58,555 bases of DNA from an uncultured Ignavibacteria bacterium (GTDB lineage: Bacteria > Zixibacteria > MSB-5A5 > UBA10806): contig CAZKYQ010000002.1 in NCBI GenBank assembly GCA_964556975.1, forward strand, positions 1 to 58,555, read 5' to 3'. Below, in pieces: positions 53,422 through 58,555 of this stretch; the stretch's first letter is position 1, and each line of letters begins with the position of its first letter. Below the pieces are notes generated by a model. It did no database searches. It saw only the letters and a program-made list of their open reading frames with translations, and had not been told where the DNA came from. The translations under genes were made by a program, and so were the position numbers.

Positions 53422-54002
53422 AAAGATATATCCCGATAATATTGTCATCCATAATCTTATTGTGGAGCGTTGTGAACGCGGGGCCGTTCACTGAGGCGAA
53501 AAACATATCAATGTATACTGATATTAAGGCGCATAATATCGGCGATATTATCACCGTGATAATTTCCGAAAACGCCCGGGCCTCAAATAAGGCAAAAGCC
53601 ACAACAAAAAAATCCACCAGTTCAGAAATTGAAGGCGGCCCGGGGGTAGGAGGGCTTGATTTCTTCGGCGCTTTCGGCATGTCGGGCTCGAACGACAACC
53701 AATTTGACGGCGAAGGCAGGGTCGAGAAAAACGGGAGCCTTTCAGCAAGAATGACCGTGAAAGTAATCGGACTCAATCCCAACGGCGGTCTTATAATAGA
53801 GGGAAGCAGGATTCTCGATATAAACAGCGACCAGGAAACGCTTTTTCTATCCGGAGTAATCCGCGAAAAAGACATCTCTCCATCCAATTCCATATTTTCA
53901 TTCCAGATTGCCGACGCGGAAATTTCGTTTAAGGGTAAAGGGCAAACTCACGAAGGAGCGCGCCCCGGTATTTTCACAAGAATAGTTAATTGGATATTTT
54001 AA
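53418..54002 (+). CDS. flgH: flagellar L-ring protein FlgH
   Basis: 194 aa. DIKAHNIGDIITVIISE, and GNLVI-type region LIIEGSRILDINSDQETLFLSGVIR. The signal peptide has no lipobox Cys. Confidence 0.9.
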   Translation: MKRYIPIILSSIILLWSVVNAGPFTEAKNISMYTDIKAHNIGDIITVIISENARASNKAKATTKKSTSSEIEGGPGVGGLDFFGAFGMSGSNDNQFDGEGRVEKNGSLSARMTVKVIGLNPNGGLIIEGSRILDINSDQETLFLSGVIREKDISPSNSIFSFQIADAEISFKGKGQTHEGARPGIFTRIVNWIF

Positions 54003-54004
54003 TC

Positions 54005-55117
54005 ATGGGAAACATAAAAAAACTGCTTCTGTTATATCTTGTAGCGTTATTACTGTGCGGGCAATTATCGCTGGCTGGTGTTAGGCTTAAAGATATTGCC
54101 TCATTTCAACTTGATAACGATTTACAACTGATAGGATACGGACTTGTTGTCGGTCTTGACGGCACAGGCGATTCCAAAAGCACAATATTCACGCTGCAAT
54201 CGCTCACCAATATGATGGAGAGAATGGGGATTACCCTGTCTCCGGATAAAGTCAAAGTAAAAAACGTCGCCGCAGTTATGGTTACGGCTCGCCTGCAGTC
54301 TTTTGTGCGCCAAGGCTCAAAAATCGATTGCACCGTATCATCATTAGGTGATGCCGGCTCCTTACAAGGTGGAATGCTCCTTATAACGCCGCTATCGGCT
54401 ATGAACGGGGGCGTATATGCCTCGGCGCAGGGGCCAATTTCTATTGGCGGTTTCAATGCCAAAACGACCGGAGGCGATAAAATAACCGAGAATTATACTT
54501 TGGTTGGGAGAATACCCGGAGGCGCTATTGTTGAGAAAGAAAGGCCCTCGGATACTAACCCCGAATTTCTATCAATAAATCTCTTAAGCCCGGATTTTAC
54601 GACTTGCCGCAGGGCCGCGGATAAAATTAACGCCGTTATAGGGCCCGGTATTGCCGTAGCCAGAGACGAAGGAAACCTGGCTGTTAAAATTCCGGACCCT
54701 TTTAGAACGCCGGGGGGGATGGTTAATTTAATATCGAGGATGGAAACGCTGGAGATTATTCCGGACGCCGTAGCCCGAGTAGTAATCAACGAAAAAACGG
54801 GCACGATTATCGCTGGCGAGCATGTAACAATTTCAGCTGTAGCAATAGCGCACGGCAATCTAAAAATTGAAATAAAGGCAGAACCTCAAGTATCTCAGCC
54901 CGGAGCATTCTCAAAAGGAAGGACCGTCCTCACGCGAGACTCAGAAATTACAGCGGAGGTCGAAGAAGCCAGGATTATCAATTTTGAGGAGAAAGCTAAT
55001 ATTGGAGATCTTGCCGAGGCGCTTAACGATATCGGAGCTACGCCGAGAGATATTATCGCGATTTTTCAGGCCTTAAAATTGGCAGGAGCGCTAAGGGCGG
55101 AACTGGTTATAATGTGA
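54005..55117 (+). CDS. flgI: flagellar P-ring protein FlgI
   Basis: About 370 aa. VRLKDIASF...NQLIGYGLVVGLDGTGD, SLGDAGSLQGGMLLITPL, and C-terminus PRDIIAIFQALKLAGALRAELVIM. Confidence 0.95.
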   Translation: MGNIKKLLLLYLVALLLCGQLSLAGVRLKDIASFQLDNDLQLIGYGLVVGLDGTGDSKSTIFTLQSLTNMMERMGITLSPDKVKVKNVAAVMVTARLQSFVRQGSKIDCTVSSLGDAGSLQGGMLLITPLSAMNGGVYASAQGPISIGGFNAKTTGGDKITENYTLVGRIPGGAIVEKERPSDTNPEFLSINLLSPDFTTCRRAADKINAVIGPGIAVARDEGNLAVKIPDPFRTPGGMVNLISRMETLEIIPDAVARVVINEKTGTIIAGEHVTISAVAIAHGNLKIEIKAEPQVSQPGAFSKGRTVLTRDSEITAEVEEARIINFEEKANIGDLAEALNDIGATPRDIIAIFQALKLAGALRAELVIM

Positions 55118-56013
55118 TGAAAATATACAATCCCAACATTACGCGGTTCTTATCACAGTCCAAATTGGATTCTCTTTCAAAACCGGAACCGCAGAGTGAA
55201 AAGCAATTCCAGTTACAGAAGTTGAAAAAGGCATGCAGCGAATTTGAGGCGATTTTTATCTCATATATGCTTAAATCAATGAATAAGACTACGGAAAACT
55301 CGGATCTTTTTGGCGATGGTCTCGGCGGAGATATTTATAAAGAGATCTTCAATGAAAAACTAGCCGATCATTTATCTCAAACCGGCAGGTTCAAAATAGG
55401 GGATATGATATTTGAGAACTATTCCCGAATGTTGAATATCAATGAAGAGGAAATTTCCCTGGATCAAACTGTTCCGCCGCGGGCCTCTATCAAGCGAAGC
55501 AATGACGATAATGTAAATCTTTCTACAGTTAAACCGGAGCCGGACAGAACAAAAGTAAATAATTCTACTTCGATACTTAATAATGGCAATATGCCAATTG
55601 AAACTCACAAACCCGCAAAATTAGGCGGATTACTGGCCCAGTACGATGATACGATCAAAAAGGCCGCAAAGGAATTTAAAATCAAGCCGGCCCTGATAAA
55701 GGCTGTAATAAAACAGGAATCGGCAGGCGATCCAAACGCGGTGTCAAGCAAGGGCGCGAAAGGCCTAATGCAGCTGATTGACTCAACGGCGTCGATGCTT
55801 GGGGTTAAAGACCCCTTCAATCCGATTCAAAATATCATGGGCGGGGCCAAATATCTTTCAATGCTCCTAAAGCGGTTTGAAGGCGATCTTAAGAAAGCCT
55901 TAGCTTCTTATAATGCCGGACCATCCGCGGTAGAGAAATATGGCGGGATACCTCCTTATCCTGAGACGCATGAATATGTCAGCAAAGTAATGGCGGGCTT
56001 GAGCTCAGAATAA
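55114..56013 (+). CDS. flgJ: FlgJ-like protein: rod-binding domain fused to an SLT-family lytic transglycosylase
   Basis: N-terminal ACSEFEAIFISYMLKSMNKT (rod-binding domain). C-terminal IKQESAGDPNAVSSKGAKGLMQL...YNAGP (SLT catalytic Glu context). Confidence 0.85.
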   Translation: MMKIYNPNITRFLSQSKLDSLSKPEPQSEKQFQLQKLKKACSEFEAIFISYMLKSMNKTTENSDLFGDGLGGDIYKEIFNEKLADHLSQTGRFKIGDMIFENYSRMLNINEEEISLDQTVPPRASIKRSNDDNVNLSTVKPEPDRTKVNNSTSILNNGNMPIETHKPAKLGGLLAQYDDTIKKAAKEFKIKPALIKAVIKQESAGDPNAVSSKGAKGLMQLIDSTASMLGVKDPFNPIQNIMGGAKYLSMLLKRFEGDLKKALASYNAGPSAVEKYGGIPPYPETHEYVSKVMAGLSSE

Positions 56014-56034
56014 AATGTAATGATATAGTGAGTT

Positions 56035-56556
56035 ATGCCGATGAAAATTATGATGGATAGAGAGATTAACGAACTCACAGAAGTTCTTAAAGCTGAACAG
56101 AAACTGTTCACCAGCTACCTTGAGAAGTTGACCGAACAACAAAACAATCTCATTGAAAACAATCTTCAAGGTTTAAAAGAAAGCATTAAGAAAATAAATC
56201 TATTAGCTCAGGAAGCCATGACTCTCGAAAGCGGCAGGAAAAATATCATAGATAGGATTTCCAAGAATTTTAACATTGATGAAGACAACGCCACATTGAG
56301 CGATTTGCTTGGACGTTTCAGGGGCCATAATTTCGATGAGCTCGAAAAGCTGAAAGATGCCATACTGGATATTCATCTGAAAGCCACGGCTCAAAAGGAA
56401 CGTAATGAGTTATTAATCAATCAGTCGATGAGTGTTATAAAACAGACAGTTGATTATATGAACGAACGTAAAAATCCTAAGGCAATATATGAAAACCCCG
56501 CGAAAAACGGCTGTTACGCATCGAATCAGGGCGGGATGTTGACAAGGACGGCTTGA
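56035..56556 (+). CDS. flgN: FlgN-family flagellar export chaperone
   Basis: 173 aa, helical. LTEVLKAEQKLFTSYLEKLTEQQNNLIENNLQGL pattern. Located directly upstream of flgK. Confidence 0.7.
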   Translation: MPMKIMMDREINELTEVLKAEQKLFTSYLEKLTEQQNNLIENNLQGLKESIKKINLLAQEAMTLESGRKNIIDRISKNFNIDEDNATLSDLLGRFRGHNFDELEKLKDAILDIHLKATAQKERNELLINQSMSVIKQTVDYMNERKNPKAIYENPAKNGCYASNQGGMLTRTA

Positions 56557-56557
56557 T

Positions 56558-57949
56558 ATGTATGGAGCGAACATAGGGCTGGAAATCGGCAGAAGGGCAT
56601 TGCTTGCCCAGCAATTATCGCTGAATTTAACAGGCCATAACATCGCTAATGTCAACACGCCCGGCTTTAGCAGGCAGGACGCTATTTATTCCACAGCGGA
56701 GCCAATGAATCCCGGTTTTGGTAATGTGGGTACGGGAGTGAGTATAGATGAGATTCGCAGAATAAGGTCCTCGTTCTTAGACCAGCAATTTCGAAGCGAA
56801 TCACATCGTTTGGGGAAATGGCAATTTCTCGCGAGCACCTGGCAACAGGTCGAAGGAGTATTTCAGGAGCCGGGGGATACGGGCTTGTCAGCTCAAATGG
56901 ACAAATTTTGGAATTCATGGCAGGACCTTGCCAATAACCCCGAAAGTGAATCCGCAAGGGTGGCATTGAAAGAGCAAGCTTCGCTGCTTGCAAATTCGTT
57001 TCACCAGCTTTCAAATCAATTGGAAGACTTGCAAGACTCGCTCGACGCCGATATCGTAACGCTATCATCTCAAATCAACGGGACTGCTCAGCAGATTGCG
57101 GAGCTTAACGGCTCTATCGCGGCGGCTGAATTAACCGGCCATTCCGCCAATGACCTTCGCGACAGGCGAGATTACCTGGTTGACCAGCTTTCGCAATGGG
57201 TCAATGTTAGCGTACTCGAACAGCCATCGGGATCGTATACCGTATTGATGGGAGGAATGGCAATTGTAGACGGCACATCTAATCTTGAGCTTGATACTGA
57301 AGTGCAGTCTGGAGGCTCCGGTGTAGCGCACAGATTGTTTTTCAAGGGCACAGGCATTGATGTTTTAAACCCCGGCGGTACTTTAGAAGGTATTTTAGAG
57401 GCGCGAGATACAGTTGTCGTGGAACGGCAGGCAGAACTTGATTTGATGGCAACGGAGCTTGTTAGCGCCGTAAACAATATCCATAGGCAGGGCTACGGAT
57501 TGAATGGAGAAACAGATATCGATTTCTTCGATCCGAATACAACAGGCGCAAAAAATATACAGCTCAATTACCTGATATCGTCGGATGTCAGCAACATAGC
57601 CGCCGGCCTTAACGGTGAAACTGGCGATAACTCAAATGCTCTTGGAATGGCGGCGTTGCGGGACCAGTTAATTATGAGAAACGGGCAAGTAACTTTTAAT
57701 GAATATTACGGTGCGATAGTTGGCAAGGTCGGAGTAAAAACTAATGAGGCAAAGAACAAAGAGACCAACCAGATTGCGCTTGTTTCTCAAATTATGAATA
57801 CAAGAGAATCCTTAAGCGGTGTTTCTCTCGATGAGGAAATGGCGAATATGATTCAATTCCAGCATGCTTATGAGGCGGCGGCCCGCGTTATAACGGTTAT
57901 GGATTCAGCTTTGGATACAATAATCAACCAAATGGGCGTCGGGTTTTAG
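56558..57949 (+). CDS. flgK: flagellar hook-associated protein 1 FlgK
   Basis: 463 aa. N-terminus GLEIGRRALLAQQLSLNLTGHNIANVNTPGFSRQ. C-terminus SLDEEMANMIQFQHAYEAAARVI. Confidence 0.94.
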   Translation: MYGANIGLEIGRRALLAQQLSLNLTGHNIANVNTPGFSRQDAIYSTAEPMNPGFGNVGTGVSIDEIRRIRSSFLDQQFRSESHRLGKWQFLASTWQQVEGVFQEPGDTGLSAQMDKFWNSWQDLANNPESESARVALKEQASLLANSFHQLSNQLEDLQDSLDADIVTLSSQINGTAQQIAELNGSIAAAELTGHSANDLRDRRDYLVDQLSQWVNVSVLEQPSGSYTVLMGGMAIVDGTSNLELDTEVQSGGSGVAHRLFFKGTGIDVLNPGGTLEGILEARDTVVVERQAELDLMATELVSAVNNIHRQGYGLNGETDIDFFDPNTTGAKNIQLNYLISSDVSNIAAGLNGETGDNSNALGMAALRDQLIMRNGQVTFNEYYGAIVGKVGVKTNEAKNKETNQIALVSQIMNTRESLSGVSLDEEMANMIQFQHAYEAAARVITVMDSALDTIINQMGVGF

Positions 57950-57976
57950 AGTAATATAAAGGGTCAAGGAGGTCCC

Positions 57977-58234
57977 GTGTTAGTATTGACAAGGAAGTCG
58001 GGAGAGGCAATAGCAATTGGGCATGATATTAAAATATCGATTTTGGGGATTTCGGGAAAACAAGTAAAGATAGGGATCTCTGCCCCTGAAAGGGTGCTGG
58101 TTTATCGGGATGAAATTTACAGAAAAATCCAGAGCGAAAACATTAAAGCCTCAATGTCGCTTAAAGAAGATATAATCGAAATGACCAGGATAATTAAAGA
58201 GAAAAAAAGCAGCAAGAGCGGAAGAAAGACATGA
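57977..58234 (+). CDS. csrA: carbon storage regulator CsrA (long C-terminal tail)
   Basis: 85 aa. [51 protein letters not shown] start with a GGAGG RBS. Confidence 0.93.
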   Translation: MLVLTRKSGEAIAIGHDIKISILGISGKQVKIGISAPERVLVYRDEIYRKIQSENIKASMSLKEDIIEMTRIIKEKKSSKSGRKT

Positions 58235-58431
58235 TGCCGCAAACCAAACATTTTTGTTCGCCGGTTTATACCGTTTGGGAAAATCAAAAAGATTATTGGC
58301 AGCACATGGGCGGCCGATTCAACTGGAAAATATCCGGCGATAATGTTAGTTCGTCATGCGCCGCGCTTGACGTCAATATAATAATCTGGCCGAATGCCAT
58401 CGAAAATATAGCGTCTGGAGGAGGAAAATGA
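58231..58431 (+). CDS. hypothetical Trp-rich 66-aa protein, translationally coupled to csrA and flgL
   Basis: ATGA overlaps at both ends (csrA stop with its own start; its own stop with the flgL start). No family recognised. Too short and too dissimilar to be FliW. Confidence 0.5.
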   Translation: MMPQTKHFCSPVYTVWENQKDYWQHMGGRFNWKISGDNVSSSCAALDVNIIIWPNAIENIASGGGK

Positions 58432-58555
58432 GAATTACTTCCAATATGATTTTGAATACTGTGACGCAAAACCTCTCGCTATCGCAGTCACGATTTCTGC
58501 GATTGCAGGCAATGGCAAGTTCCGGACGGCGGATCAACCGGCCTTCGGATGACCC
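58428..58555 (+). CDS. flgL: flagellar hook-associated protein 3 FlgL (5' fragment, runs off the window)
   Basis: [43 protein letters not shown] is a typical FlgL/flagellin-N start. GGAGGAGG RBS. Confidence 0.85.
   Translation, partial: MRITSNMILNTVTQNLSLSQSRFLRLQAMASSGRRINRPSDD

Noticed and set aside
1-58555. A search for CRISPR arrays, tRNA or rRNA genes, IS elements, integrases, toxin-antitoxin pairs or known defence-system genes.
   Set aside because: I found no direct-repeat/spacer periodicity, no cloverleaf-like or rRNA-like segments in the few intergenic regions, and no ORF with transposase, integrase, nuclease or helicase motifs. The window is essentially a motility and signalling locus.

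Overview
The window is mostly one large flagellar regulon (about 45 kb) from an AT-rich bacterium. L-ring (flgH) and P-ring (flgI) genes are present, so the cell is apparently diderm. Gene order on the + strand: a flavodoxin-like reductase (on the - strand); a 977-aa Cys-rich secreted protein with a dockerin-like C-terminus; an RsbU/RsbW/RsbV-type partner-switching module; REC + soluble PAS histidine kinase + sigma54 enhancer-binding response regulator; motAB; flgB-flgC-orf-fliEFGHIJ; two giant secreted protease genes (M6 and S8) on the - strand; ylxF-like-fliK-flgD-orf-flgE; fliLMNOPQ; fliR-flhBAFG-fliA; accessory genes (DUF2225-like, PilZ/YcgR-like); a degenerate His-Asp signalling cassette; flgFGAHIJ; and flgN-flgK-csrA-orf-flgL, cut by the window end. 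Read by eye, four near-identical sigma54-type promoters (GGCAT-N5-TTGCT) lie 30-45 nt upstream of flagellar operon starts. Several sigma28-type boxes (TAAA-N15-GCCGATAA-like) are also present. I recognised no rRNA, tRNA, CRISPR array, transposase or integrase. The observations most worth a second look are: (1) the antisense protease island that splits the fla operon, and the Cys-framed dockerin-like double repeat shared by three secreted proteins; (2) the cassette of two degenerate histidine-kinase-like proteins, an MCP-tip mini-protein and three stand-alone receivers; (3) atypical flagellar parts, namely FliN with tandem CheY-docking-like motifs, FlhG lacking both Walker-A lysines, an oversized FlgE, unknown ORFs translationally coupled inside flgC-fliE and csrA-flgL, and a rod-binding+SLT FlgJ. 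All homology calls come from motif recognition by eye, not database searches.
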